Below the pieces are notes generated by a model that searched no databases, was not told the DNA's origin, and was given only the letters and a program-made list of their open reading frames with translations. The position numbers and the translations under genes are program-made. From the NCBI GenBank assembly GCA_038087875.1, contig CM075991.1:12836001-12900000 (forward strand): a stretch of DNA of 64,000 nucleotides, read 5' to 3'. Numbering within the stretch: position 1 is the first letter of the stretch; the number at the start of each line of letters is the position of its first letter. The stretch is from Malacoraja senta (taxonomy: Eukaryota). Below, one piece after another: positions 10,001-21,600 of the stretch.

Positions 10001-11795
10001 CAGATTTTATCTGCAAACACAGTTATCGTTAGTTAACACAACAAACCCCACCATTGTTGATTCTCCCTTGTATCTGCCTGTACCCAGTCTCCAACAGACT
10101 ATATTTCACTTCCAAAGTTTTGGGGTTCAGCAAAATTGGATACATTGAAAGAATGCCTCTCAGATACTTTCAGAACCTCCACTCTATATATAAAGATCAT
10201 GAATCTTAATCATGTCCAAGATTAAGATTTGGCACACTTAGACTTCCAACATGTAGAGGTGACAACCAACCAGGTTGAAACAAACACGGTTGGCCTAGAC
10301 AGGGTAGTGGCAAAGTTAGACTGCTGATGCTGAAATCCAGAGAAACAATCCGTTGGACGAACCCAGCCGTGAAGGGATTATTGAAGCTTAGGTCAAAACC
10401 TTGCATCAGGATTACGTTAAATTGGCTAGGGCCAGATTGTAAGATATTGAGGAGGCAAAGGGATTTATGTAACCGTACTCTTAAGTTAACTACCATTTTT
10501 AAAAATCCAACAATAATACCTATTCGCCAGTTAACTGCACATTAAATAATGAAAATATATCAAACTACACCAGTGTGAATGTTGCTGGAACTTAATGAAC
10601 CAAAGTTCAGCGAGAGGTTGGGCTTCAGTGATGCTGACTGTCCCATTACTCCAGCCTTTTGTGTCAATCTTTGGTTTAAACCAGCACCTGCAATTCCTTC
10701 CTACACTTTTATTCCTTGGAGCCCAGGTGATCTTCAGAGGTGAACAAAATCATGAGAGAAACCGCAGATCGTAGCAGTCTTTTTACAGGGGTAGCGGAAT
10801 CAAGAATCAACGTCAGACAGGAAAGATTTAATAGGAACATGAGAGGCAGCCTTTTCTGACACAGGGGTGGTGGGTGTGTGGGAAGAGCTGCCAGAGGAGG
10901 CAGGTAACATAACAGCAATTTAATAGGGGCTCAACCTTTTAATCCCTTCTCTACACAGATGCTGCTTGTCCTGTGTGACTCCAGCATTTTGTGTCTATCT
11001 TTAGCATTTAAAAGAAATTTTACAGGTAGTGAATGGGGAAAGGTCCAAAGCGATAAGGAAGCAAACCAGGTTGAAACAAACATGGTTCGCCTAGACAGGG
11101 GAGTGGCAAAGTTAGACTGCTGATGATGAAATCCAGAGAAACAATCCGTTGGTCGAACCCAGCAGTGAAGCAAAGGTGGGCCGCTTTGGCCAGGGCCAGC
11201 ATGGACGCGTTGGGCTGAACGGCCTCGCCGGACAACATGCTCCACGTGGTGCCCGCCTCTCCCCTTGGCCACTGGGCGGCGCCCCTCCCCGGAGCAGCAG
11301 CGGGACGATGCGGCACAAGGTGGCGGGAGGCCGGCGGTCGGTGAGCGGGGATGGGGGGGGGGGCGTGTGGACAACGAGCCGGCGGCCAGAGGGAGGGGGA
11401 CGGCCATTGTCCGCCCATCCATCCAGGAGTCCCGAGCTGCCGCTAAATGTAATGGCGACGACCATCCGCGGGCTCGACGTTTCCCGCCTGGGGCTCTCGT
11501 CCCTCCCTCCCTCCCTCCCTCCCGCCCGGGGGGGGAGGCGGGAAACCGACCCTCCTTGTGCCGCATCTGAGGCGGCTCCGCTCCCCCACCCCATCCCATC
11601 CCATCCCATCCCATCCCTCCCCGCCGGCCCGGGAACATTCCAGAACGGCGCGTGGCCCGCGGGACGAGGCTCGAGCCGCCCGCGCTGCCGCCGCCGCCGC
11701 CCACCTGGGTGACCTTCACCGACCGACTCGGAGGTGAAGAGGAACGTCCTCTCGTCCAGCAGGTTCTGGTGCAGGCCGTTGATCTGTCCGTTCAT
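970..11795 (-). CDS. MAT2A: S-adenosylmethionine synthase isoform type-2 (complete gene, 9 coding exons, 395 aa)
   Basis: Exons 11705-11795, 9933-10010, 9454-9576, 9262-9374, 9029-9172, 5852-6070, 4416-4598, 3171-3304 and 970-1072 join in frame through GT-AG sites (1188 nt). The translation has [37 protein letters not shown] and a C-terminal YGHFGR..FPWE. The MNGQ N-terminus and the 3' UTR hairpins favour MAT2A over MAT1A. Confidence 0.97.
1136..3114 (-). mobile_element. 5'-truncated CR1-clade (HER1-like) LINE in MAT2A intron 8, same sense as the gene
   Basis: ORF2 RT pieces 2477-3097 and 1222-2457 ([43 protein letters not shown]). CR1-type TTCTATGT-like 3' tail near 1136-1150. One frameshift, an internal deletion near 2600, possible 5-bp TSD tctca. 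Confidence 0.92.
3171..3304 (-). CDS. MAT2A: MAT2A coding exon 8
   Basis: [44 protein letters not shown]; tag| and AG|gtaaac. Confidence 0.95.
4416..4598 (-). CDS. MAT2A: MAT2A coding exon 7
   Basis: [61 protein letters not shown]. Confidence 0.95.
5852..6070 (-). CDS. MAT2A: MAT2A coding exon 6
   Basis: [26 protein letters not shown]...[15 protein letters not shown]; donor CAG|gttggc. Confidence 0.95.
6735..9023 (+). mobile_element. 5'-truncated, frameshifted L2-clade LINE in MAT2A intron 5 (antisense to gene)
   Basis: RT fragments [49 protein letters not shown] and [19 protein letters not shown]2 3' end tgtaaagcg..ttgag..aaagcgctata followed by (TTA)n. The 5' boundary is approximate. Confidence 0.9.
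9029..9172 (-). CDS. MAT2A: MAT2A coding exon 5
   Basis: [48 protein letters not shown]; donor CAG|gtgaga. Confidence 0.95.
9262..9374 (-). CDS. MAT2A: MAT2A coding exon 4
   Basis: [38 protein letters not shown]; canonical splice sites. Confidence 0.95.
9454..9576 (-). CDS. MAT2A: MAT2A coding exon 3
   Basis: [41 protein letters not shown]; canonical splice sites. Confidence 0.95.
9933..10010 (-). CDS. MAT2A: MAT2A coding exon 2
   Basis: [26 protein letters not shown]; cag| and |gtaag. Confidence 0.95.
10268..10374. repeat. 107-bp duplicated element, copy A (MAT2A intron 1)
   Basis: 6 mismatches against 11064-11170, no indels, unrelated flanks. Confidence 0.9.
11064..11170. repeat. 107-bp duplicated element, copy B (MAT2A intron 1)
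   Basis: Direct repeat of 10268-10374. Confidence 0.9.
11705..11795 (-). CDS. MAT2A: MAT2A coding exon 1
   Basis: ATG at 11795; [30 protein letters not shown]; donor CAG|gtgg. Confidence 0.95.
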
Positions 11796-11894
11796 GGTGC
11801 TGCTTGTGCGTGTGTGGGGGGTGGCGGTGTTTGTTGGTGGTGGTGCCGGGGTGACGACAGCCTGGAGCGCTCACTGTCTGCAGCTGCTGCGCGT

Positions 11895-12260
11895 TGAGTA
11901 ATGGCAGCCGCTGCCACCGCCGCCTTTATAGTGGCGCCCCCCTCACGTGGTCCCGCCAGCCCCGCCTCCCATGGGCGCCACCACACCCCGGCAGAGGAGG
12001 GGGGGGCGGCGCGGGTGACTACACTCTATTCTCCCTCGAACATGCGGCGATTGTTGTATTGAACAGGACGCACGGTACATCAATACAAATTGCCATCCTG
12101 GAGGTATGTGCGGTGGAGTTAAAATGCAACTCATTGTGTTAAGCTTGTAAAGGGTTGCGCCCCTCCCCCCTCTGTCCGCGCTGTGGGCGGGGCCAGGCGG
12201 CGGCTCCTGTCAATCAGTGCTGGAGAATGCCGCAGTGAGGCGCAGGCGCACTGTTTCCAT
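11895..12260 (-). promoter_or_regulatory. MAT2A core/proximal promoter within a CpG island
   Basis: TATAAA (minus) at 11925-11930, likely TSS near 11902. E-box CACGTG at 11944-11949, GC box at 12185-12193, NRF1-like GCGCAGGCGCA at 12240-12250. CpG-rich from ~11200 to 12300. Confidence 0.7.
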
Positions 12261-14724
12261 GTTGCAATACTTTGCAGACCATGGCTTCTTCCCGCGGTCT
12301 AACACACACACACACACACACACACGTGCACTCACCTGTCGTGGAAATTATTAAAATAGTAATCTTGAGATTAAATGCACTCTAAATGCATGCTACCAAA
12401 CCTCAAAGATCTGCTGGATAAAATAAATCAAATACTTATTTTCCCCCCGCACCCCATAATGTAATTAGGAACGACGGAGTTCATTAAAAATCACGATTTA
12501 AAAAAAAAAGCGTGTAAAAAATGTCACTGCTACAGTCCACTAATTTCATCCGATGCACTTGGAAAAGTCACAATTCCTCATCTATTTATGTCCGTTTATG
12601 CACAACAATGAATGCACAATAGAACCAATTCACTTAGATCTCTTTATATTAAATAACTGGGGCTCTTGGCGAATTTCAGATTAAATGCAGCGATTTATAT
12701 TTGTTCTTTCACAGCTCCTGTATAGAGAGAATATCTACACCCAGCAAATGTAAAACCTATGTAACTGACATCAAATTTATTTCCTTGTTTCTTCAAATTT
12801 CTTCCACACTATTCTCATGTCTTTCCTTGGTGGTAGTTTTGTTCCTATTCACAATTTAAATAGGGGGGGGGGGCACACACGACAGTAATCAACCACGAGC
12901 ATGATGTAAAAAACACAGTAAAATGCAGGTACTGACCCAGCAATTAATGCAGAAATTGCTGGAAAGGTTCACGTCAAGCAACAACTACAAAAAGAGAACG
13001 GACTTGAAATATATTCTCTTTGTTCTTCCCTCTTAGTTTACTTTCACATGAAACATTTGGATGTCTCACTTTCCTTGCTCTGATGAAAAGCTATTCACCT
13101 GCAGCATTAATGGTTTGAGTCCACAGTAGGTCGCATCAAGTACAGAAAGTAGATAGAGAGCTAAGTAACATGGTGTCTTTTCATCAAAGCAAAACATAGG
13201 AACTAGTCAACAGTTCCCCCCCCCCCCCCCCCCCCCCCCGTCAACATAATTGGCCTGATCCAACCATATTAAGATATGGCCAAGAAACCACAATAACATC
13301 TCCACTTCTTCAGAAGACTAAGGAAAACTGGCACGTCACACCAACTTTTATAAATGCACCACAGAAAGTTTGGTTTATTATTGTCCCATGTACCGAGGTA
13401 TGGTGAAGAGCATTTGTTGTGTGCTATCCAGTCAAAGACTATAATATGTGGTTACAATCAAGCCATCCGTACTGTACAGATACAGGATAAAGGGTACAAG
13501 ATTTAGTGCAAGATTAAGTCATATGAAGGATAGTTGAAAGTCTTCAGTGAGGTATTTGGGAGGTCAGGACCGCACTCTAGTTGGTGAGAGAACTGTTCAA
13601 TTGGCTGGTAACAGCTAGGAATTCTTCCAGGATGTATCACAGCTTCGTATGGCAGCTGCTCTGTCCAAAACGACAAGAAAATGCAGAGAAGGACACAGAG
13701 TTGTGGAATAACTGAGCGGGCAAGGCAGCATCCCTGGAGAACATGGATAAGTGATGTTTCAGTCATCTATCCATGTTCTCTAGGGATGCTGCCTGACCTG
13801 TTGAGTTACCCATGCACTTTGTGTCCTTTTGTGTATTAACCAGCATCTGCACTTCTTTGTTTCTGCAAGAAACTGCAATCATGAACAATGTCCGACACAT
13901 CACACAAACCTGCCTCCAATCAATTCCATCTACAGTTCGCACTGCCTCGAGAAAGCAGCCAACATTATCAAAGACCACCCACATCCTGATCAATCTCTTC
14001 TCCCGTTGTATAGTAATACGACAGCTTGATACCACCAGGTGCAAGAATGGGACCATCACTGTTATTAGACTCTTGAAAGATTCTTTTATGAGCTAAGGAT
14101 GTATACCCAATCTCCTATTCTACACCATTATGACCTTTACACATGTTTTTTATTTGCACTTTCTCTGTAGCTGTAATACTATATTATGCACAAAAGGACA
14201 CAAAGTGCTGGAGTAGCTCAGCAGATTAGACAGCATCTCTGAAGAACATTGATAGGTGATGTTACGGGCTGAGACCCTCCTTCAGACTCGTACACTATAT
14301 ATGTTTCTACACTACATTATGCACTCTTTTTATATTCTTCTTAGACTACCTGATGTACGTACAGTATCATCTGTCTGAACTGTAGTTTATCACTGTATCT
14401 CGGGGCATGTGACAATACTATACCAATACCAGATGCTGCTAGGCTTGCCAAGTATTTCCAACATTTTGTATTTATCTGTAGACTTGATTTGCATTAACTC
14501 TGTTTTTCGCTCAGTCTACATTTCTTGTCCAGCATTTTCTGTTCTGTACTCATTGGCTACCACAATCAGCCATAATTCCCATGAAAAATTAGCATTTTCC
14601 TAGAATGTCAAAACAACAAAATATCCCAACTTGTTTTTGTAGTTTTCTAAAGTAAAAGATGAAAAGTTTGCTTTAAGTTTGCTGACCTCCCGAGATAAGT
14701 GATGTGGATTCAGTGCGTTTCAGC

Positions 14725-16036
14725 GCGTTTCAGTATTCTCCAAGTTCTCCTCCTAAAAAAGATCTTGGAGATTACCAAAGACCTGGCACTCACGGACCTC
14801 ATCGGAGCTCTCCTGAAAGATAGGCGCTTCTATGTTGTCCTTAACAACAAGCAAAGTCGCTGGCGACGACAACGGAATGGCTTGCCTCAAGGTAGTGTGC
14901 TGGCTCCACTACTATATAACATCTACACCAATGACCAGCCAATGGACCAGAACACTGAGCGGTTCATCTACGCCGACAACCTCTGTGTAACATCCCAAGA
15001 GAGTACGTTTGAAGCTGTAGAAGCGAATCTCACCTCAGCCCTAGATGAGCTACACCTCTACTACGAGCGCAACCACCTACACGCAAACCCTGCGAAGACC
15101 CAAGCCTGCTCGTTCCATCTCAGGAACCGGGAAGCAAACAGACCCCTTAACATCACATGGTCTGGAACACCTCTTGAGCACTGCACCAACCCTGTCTACC
15201 TCGGTGTAGCACTGGATCGCACTCTCTCCTATAAGGAACACGTCAAAAACACCAAACTGAAAGTAAACTCCCGGAATAACATTCTCCGGAAGCTGACCAA
15301 CTCCAAATGGGGAGCCACAGCTCACACATTAAGATCTACTGCTCTGGCCCTATGCTACTCCTCTGCGGAGTATGCGTGTCCTGTTTGGGAGAGATCATCC
15401 CATGCCAAGAAACTAGACCCAGCGTTGAATAACACCTGCCGCTCAATCACTGGCTGCTTGAAGCCCACCAACATAAACAACCTGCACCTCCTCGCTGGCA
15501 TTGCCCCTGCTGATGTGAGATGGAAAGTTGCCAGCCGAGTAGAGATGACCAAGGCCACCAATGATGAATGCCACCTCCTCTACGGACGTGTACCCCCGGC
15601 CCAACGGCTGAAGTCCAGGAGAAGCTTTCTCAGCCATGTCCAGCCCCTAATAGCATCACGGGAAGAAACCAGACTCCAACTATGGACAAAAAGGCTTGAG
15701 GACGACCCCCCTCCTACTGACATGGGTATCCCTCCTTCTGAAGCCCTCCTTCCGGGCTCAGAAGCACCATAGGTCCAGTGGAAGACGCTCAACCGCCTGA
15801 GAACAGGAACAGGGCGATCTAAAGATGCCATGGCCAGATGGGGCTATGAAACTGGCCAAACCACCTGTGAATGTGGAGAAGAGGACCACACAATGCAGCA
15901 CTGCCTTGTCTGCCCCCTACTACCCAACCAGTGCAGCTCAAAGGATCTTGCAGTGTTCAATAAAAACGCAAAGGACTGTGTAAAGGAATGGGAAACTGTC
16001 ATATAGCCAACCAGCTTCAAAGACACGAAAAGAAGA
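14725..16036 (+). mobile_element. 5'-truncated Vingi/Ingi-like non-LTR retrotransposon with 13-bp TSD
   Basis: RT motifs NGLPQGSVLAPLLYNIY, YADN (mutated YADD), YLGVALDR and WGA..LRSTALALCYSSAEYACPVW. One in-frame TAG at 15770-15772, then a CECG..H...C zinc knuckle to TAG at 16004-16006. 3' end gacacgaaaagaaga. TSD agtgcgtttcagc at 14712-14724 and 16037-16049. Confidence 0.85.
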
Positions 16037-18611
16037 AGTGCGTTTCAGCAATCTCACTTAAACAGCTAGAGGAATTTGGTAATTTTCTTCTTATGTCATA
16101 GTGCTGCTGCACTTGGCAATGTCAACCAAATGACAATTGGATATTTTTATGGTAAATACTGTAACCCGATGGCTCGCTAACTAAACAATGAAAATTGGCC
16201 AAAATGTGTAGGAAGGAACTGCAGATGCTGGTTTAGTTCGAAGATTAACACAACATGCTGGAGTAACTCAGCGGGACAGGCAGCATCTCTAGAGAGAAGG
16301 AATGGTTGACATTTCAGGTCGAGACTCTCCTTCAGAAGTGAAGTGTTATAGTCTTTCCTCTGTCATGTCAATTCAAGTCTATTGGCATATTGTGTGGAGG
16401 TGGGGGAAAGAAGAAAAGAGGAGAGACAGGACAAAGCATGGCAGGTAATAGGTGGACATAGGTGAGGGGGGTTGACACATTTTAGACGAAACAGCCGGCC
16501 AAGGCTAGCCTAGCGTGGCAGTAGAGTACATGGGACTAGTTAATACTACAATATTTTTACAGGTTTGTTACTTCCAGGGCTATCCAAATATTTATATCTG
16601 CAAAGTTAATGCAGTTGGGCTCTAAAGCTAGGCAATAACTGGCAGTCTAGAATTAACATGTTGAACATTGGTAGGTTAAATGACCCTACTGCGTAGGCAA
16701 ATGGTACAATCTAGGGGAAAGAGAGGTGGGAAGTTAGTGGAAATTTAGAAAATATTAATATAAACGATGCTTGCTAATTGGTGCAAGATCGGTGGGCCTG
16801 TTTCTGTGCTGTATGACAGACTCAAAAAATACTTCTTCAGCAGTAAAAGTTAGAGGCATCTGGAAGTTATAAAAAAAAGTGTTGTATAAATCCTTGGTGA
16901 CCAAAACTATATGCATTACCTAATTTGACCCGAATAATTTGGGGAAAAAAAATAAATATTTCCATATTTTGGTTCAATGCAACTTATTCCCAAACTTTAT
17001 CCTCTGGGTTTGCATTTTTTGTATATTTGTGTGTACAAATTCTTTCAAATTTTGCCAAATTATCTAGTTTTCAACGTGGTTCTATTTGCTTGTACATGAA
17101 ATCCAATTCATCTGTACAAAGTATGCTAAACTGAAACCAGTGTTAACAAAATTTGTATTAAGTATTGTAAGTGAAATTAAAACAAAATCCATTTTGCTAC
17201 CCTCGCCCCATAAGCACGAAGCAACCCAGTGGTGACCAACGCTCTCGCCTCATGAGACGCTTGCCAGAACCGGTAGTAGCAATGGGAACGACGCCAAGTA
17301 GCAAGGGCGAGACATTGACACACGGGACAAGCAACATCATCACCTGCAAGGAGCTTTCTTCTCCAATTGTAGCCATACTGCCCACAGTTTACATCTCAAA
17401 CACGGTTTGTCAAGAATTTAGCGCAGTTCACATATTACATAGATGAACAGAATATTAATTATAAAATTAAAAATCCCTTTGAGATTTGCTGTTTATTTTA
17501 CACACACAGTTCCAATTCCCTTGCTGTGAATCAACAAAGACAATGTGAGTGACCAACACACAAAGGATCCAATAAACAATTGAAAGTGTGAATCATTTTG
17601 CCTTCTGGTACAAAGCATCTCGTTTTGTACCCTTCCATAGCAAAAACCTAACAAATATTTAAACTGTTTTCAGAAAAACCTTTAAATGATTACTGGTGCC
17701 ATCCTGTCTAGATCATGTTGATTGCTACCAGACTTAATTGGTCAAGCATTATCAAAGACAAGTTTGAAAGGATGCCATCCATTAATTAAAGTACTAGTTA
17801 AAACCAATAAGCAATATTAGAGGTTTCTTTACATCTATTTAAACATTTAATTGCTGTTCCTGAAATATTTTTAAATGTCCACAATAATTGAAAGGAAGCC
17901 ATTTAAAGTCGAGTTTATAATTTTAAAGGTAGATGCACATTTAATGATATTTCATTTTGTCACTAATGCAGCATCTGACCATTTATTGGTATATTTAAGA
18001 TCTCTGTATTCAGGGTTTCTACTCCAAAAGACAGATTTGGTAAATAAAGCATCCACTCCACCCATTCTGTGTTCACTCTGTTTATCTAGTCACTATAATC
18101 TAAACAAAACAAAAGACCAAAGTAGAGAAATTGTAAAGGGCAAAAACAGATTTTTTTAAGGTTGGAGGATAGATATAATTCTGGACAGAATATAACCACA
18201 GGCAGAGATCATAGAATTATAGAGACATAGCACAATTATAGAGACATAGAACAGAAACAGGATACCAAGCCTGTCTCCACATTTACACTAATTCTACCCA
18301 ACCCCATTTTATTCACCCCCAACAACTCTGCCCTTGCTTTATGCCCACACCAACACATCAGGGGCAATATACAGCAGCCAATTAACCTTCTGACCCATTT
18401 GTCTTCAGGATGTGGGAAACCAGAGCAGCAGGAACAATCCCAGTCAGACAGTGCCAGAGGACAGTAATGGATCTGGATCATTTGGAGTTGTGAGGCACTG
18501 GCTCTACTCACTGTACCACTGGTGTGATGTGGGTACCTTACTCCACACCACACCACACCAGGCATTTACCAGATGTCCTCCAAACCTGCCCATCAAGCAC
18601 TTATTCAGAAA

Positions 18612-19092
18612 CAGAGAAGTGCAGATGCTGGTTTACAGAAAAAGGATAGTGCTGGAGTAACTCAGCAGGACAGGCAGCATCTCTGGGGAACATGGATTGG
18701 TGATGTTCTGGGTCGGGACCCTTCAGACTGATGGAGGGGAGAAAGCTGAGAGAGAGGAGGGACAGGACATGGCAGGTAATAGGTGAGGGGACGTTTTGAT
18801 AGGTAGGTGGTTGGATGAAGGGCAGAAATTAAAATAAGGTGTGAGACAAAAGGATTGAAGAGTTTGCAAATTGTGAAGCCAGAGGAAGGAATGTGGATGG
18901 TGGGAGAGGGGAGACATAGGTGTGAGTTCAGGCAGGTTTGGGGGAAAAGGGGAGGGCTTGTTAGAGGTTACCTAAAATTGGAGAATTCAAAGTTTATACG
19001 GTTGGGTTGTAAGCTACCCAAACGGAACATGAGGAGTTGTTCCTCCATTACATGTAGTCTCACTCTGGTAATGGAGGAGGCCCAGGACAAAA
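18612..19092 (-). mobile_element. Penelope-like element 3' fragment (GIY-YIG C-terminus, spacer, terminal repeat)
   Basis: The minus strand reads VLGLLHYQSE.. then, after a frameshift, EEQLLMFRLGSLQPNRINFEFSNFR* (stop 18968-18970), typical of PLE endonuclease ends. A pyrimidine-rich spacer and the window's most common repeat (hammerhead-bearing) follow. Confidence 0.7.
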
Positions 19093-19940
19093 AGTAGAAA
19101 ACAAGGAACTACAGATGGTGGTTAATACATAAAAGAACACAAAGTGATGGAGCAAATTCAGCGGGTCAGACAGCTTCACTAGAGAACCTGGATAGGTTGA
19201 GATCCTTCATCAGTCTGAAGAAGGTTTTCGACTCAAAATGACACCTATCAATGTTTACCAGAGATGTTGCCTGACCTGCTGAGTTTCTCCAGCACTCTGT
19301 GTCCCAGGACAGAAAGATCAGTACAACCATCTCCCACAGATTATACAGTTATATAATTATAGACAATTGTCTCAAGAGATTATTAGACGGAAAAGACACA
19401 ATGTGCTGGAGTAATGAGTACATTGCTGGCAAATGAAATTCCTCGTATGTTGCAAAACATACTTGGCTAATAAAGTATTATTGTGATTGTGAGGTCAGGC
19501 AGCATTTCTGGAGAACCTGGGTAGGTGATGTTTCGGGTCAGGATTGTTCTTTATTGGTAGCGATGTTCTCCAGAAATGCTGCTAAACCCACATGGCAGTA
19601 TAATAAATGTACCAGTGAGCCCTGTGAGTTGAAGGGTGGCAGAATATATCCAGGTGCTCTGGACTCCAGTCTGGCCACAAACGTACCCATGTTCCTGACT
19701 GCTGGGGTTCTCAGCCCCATCCCTGGCCCCATAGTCTGTTCCCAGACTCCACTTGATCTCTGGATCTCATTGCTGACTGAGTGAACCGGACTATCACAAA
19801 CAGGATGTTCACTCATTAGTCACCAATGTGATGTCTGAACTATCACATGCAGGATTGTCACTGTACCTGGCATTGATTACAGACATGCCTTCACCGCTTA
19901 CAGGACATATAATACCAGTATAATGTTTGCTATGGAGAAA

Positions 19941-20388
19941 CAAGGAACTGCAGATGCTGGTTTACAAAAAAATACACAAAGTGCTGGAGTAGCTTAGTGG
20001 ATCAGGCTGCAGCTCTGGAGATTTGGGATCAGTACCTTTCTTCAGATTCAACCCTAAAACGTCACCTATCCATGTTCTCCACAGATGCTGCCTGACCCGC
20101 TGAGTTACTCCAGCACTCTGTGAAACGTCACCTATCCATGTTCTCCACAGATGCTGCCTGACCCGCTGAGTTACTCCAGCGTTACTCTGTGAAACGTCAC
20201 CTATCCATGTTCCGGCAGCATCTATGGAGCGAAGGAAATAGGCAACGTTTCGGCCCGAAACGTTGCCTATTTCCTTCAGGGTTTCGGCCCGAAAGGTTGC
20301 CCATTTCCTTCGCTCCACAGATGCTGCCTGACCCGCTGAGTTACTCCAGCACTCTGTGAAACGTCAACTATCCATGTTCTCCAGAGAT
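19941..20388. repeat. Cluster of Penelope-derived terminal repeats: inverted pair, ~66-bp tandem units and a 23-bp perfect palindrome
   Basis: Unit aaacgtcacctatccatgttctccacagatgctgcctgacccgctgagttactccagcactctgtg repeats from 20057. Palindrome arms at 20231-20253 and 20255-20277. Confidence 0.8.
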
Positions 20389-20742
20389 CACTTTTATTAT
20401 AAACTAACCCCTATTGGCCTATGGCGAGTGGTTGACTATTTTGGCATAAAAACACTCAACAAATAGTCACATTAGAACAAGGACTGAAACATTAATCAAA
20501 GTAAGGAACACTACATTTTGAACATTTACTTCATGTGCAACAGTACAAATGTGGTAACAACTTAAGATTGATGTAAACTATTTCAGTTTCAGGCACATGA
20601 GTTTTGTTGCATGGAAACTACGTTCTGTTTAGTCATTCAGTGCTCTGAAAATTGGCCAGAGGAAAATAAATCACTCCATTGATTTGTTTCACCAGCCCGA
20701 TTGAGAAATTTATCATGAGTACTTGGTGACACACTTCATTCT

Positions 20743-21293
20743 TTGTTTAGTTTAGTTTAATTTCGAGATGCAGTGCAGAAACAGACTTTGGCCCACTGAG
20801 TTCGTGCCGACCAATCATCCCCGTACAATAGCACTATCCTACACACACTGGGGACAATTTACAATTTTACCAAAGCCAAATAAGCTACAAACCTGCACGT
20901 GTTTGGAATCCAGAGCACCCGGGGAAATCCCATGCAGGTCACAGGGAGAACGCACAAACTTCATACAGACAAGTACCCGTAGTCAGGATCGAGCCTGGGT
21001 CTCTGGCACTGTAAGCCAGCAACTCTACCTCTGTGCTATCGTATGGAGATGCAGCGTGGAAACAGGGCCTTTGGCCCACTGAGTCCACGCCTGGCATTGT
21101 ACACTAGTTCTATGTTATTCCACTTTCTCATCACAATTTACAGAGGGCCATTTAACCTACAAACCCACACGTCTTTGGGATGTGGGAAGAAACCCACGTG
21201 GTCACAGGAAGAATATGCAAATTCCACATAGCACCCATAGTCAGGATGGAACATGGGTCTCTGGCACTGTGAGGCAGCAGCTCTACTGCTATG
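20743..21293 (-). mobile_element. Two adjacent HE1-like V-SINEs
   Basis: tRNA-like head, V-domain (cgtgggtttcctc..cccacatcccaaagacgtg), CR1-like tail ending (aaact)n. Confidence 0.7.
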
Positions 21294-21600
21294 CCCCCCC
21301 CCCCCCCCAAAGGTGCCACATTGTGTTTATAATGTAAGAGTAGATGAGAATTGATTTATTTTCTTAGCTATCAATAAATGGTGATAACAAGAACACAGAT
21401 AATGAAAGATTCATTTAGGTTCAAAGTACAATCAGATCAAGATAACTGGACAGGATACAATAGCAAACCTCCCTGCCCTAACTTTCTCCTTATTTGTTTC
21501 TTCCAGAGCTTTAAATATCCTCCTTACTTCAGTCTTCCTGCCTTGGGCTACATTGAAATCAAAACCTGCTGCAAAATACCATTGAGGAATAGGTGAGATA

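Noticed and set aside
11118..11166. CTGATGA...GAAA...GTC on the plus strand of the duplicated element, read as a hammerhead
   Set aside because: No proper stem I or II, and copy A has CTGATGC and GAC at the core positions
10931..11795. Overlapping 130-260 aa ORFs across the start of MAT2A intron 1
   Set aside because: Stop-poor GC-rich CpG island; similarity to MAT2A ends at the donor at 11704
14161..14169. A fourth TACAGAGAA nonamer on the minus strand
   Set aside because: Upstream of the gene, inside a repeat tail, and without the flanking stem
20057..20388. CRISPR-like repeat array
   Set aside because: Units are contiguous with no unique spacers, there are no cas genes, and the context is vertebrate retroelement DNA
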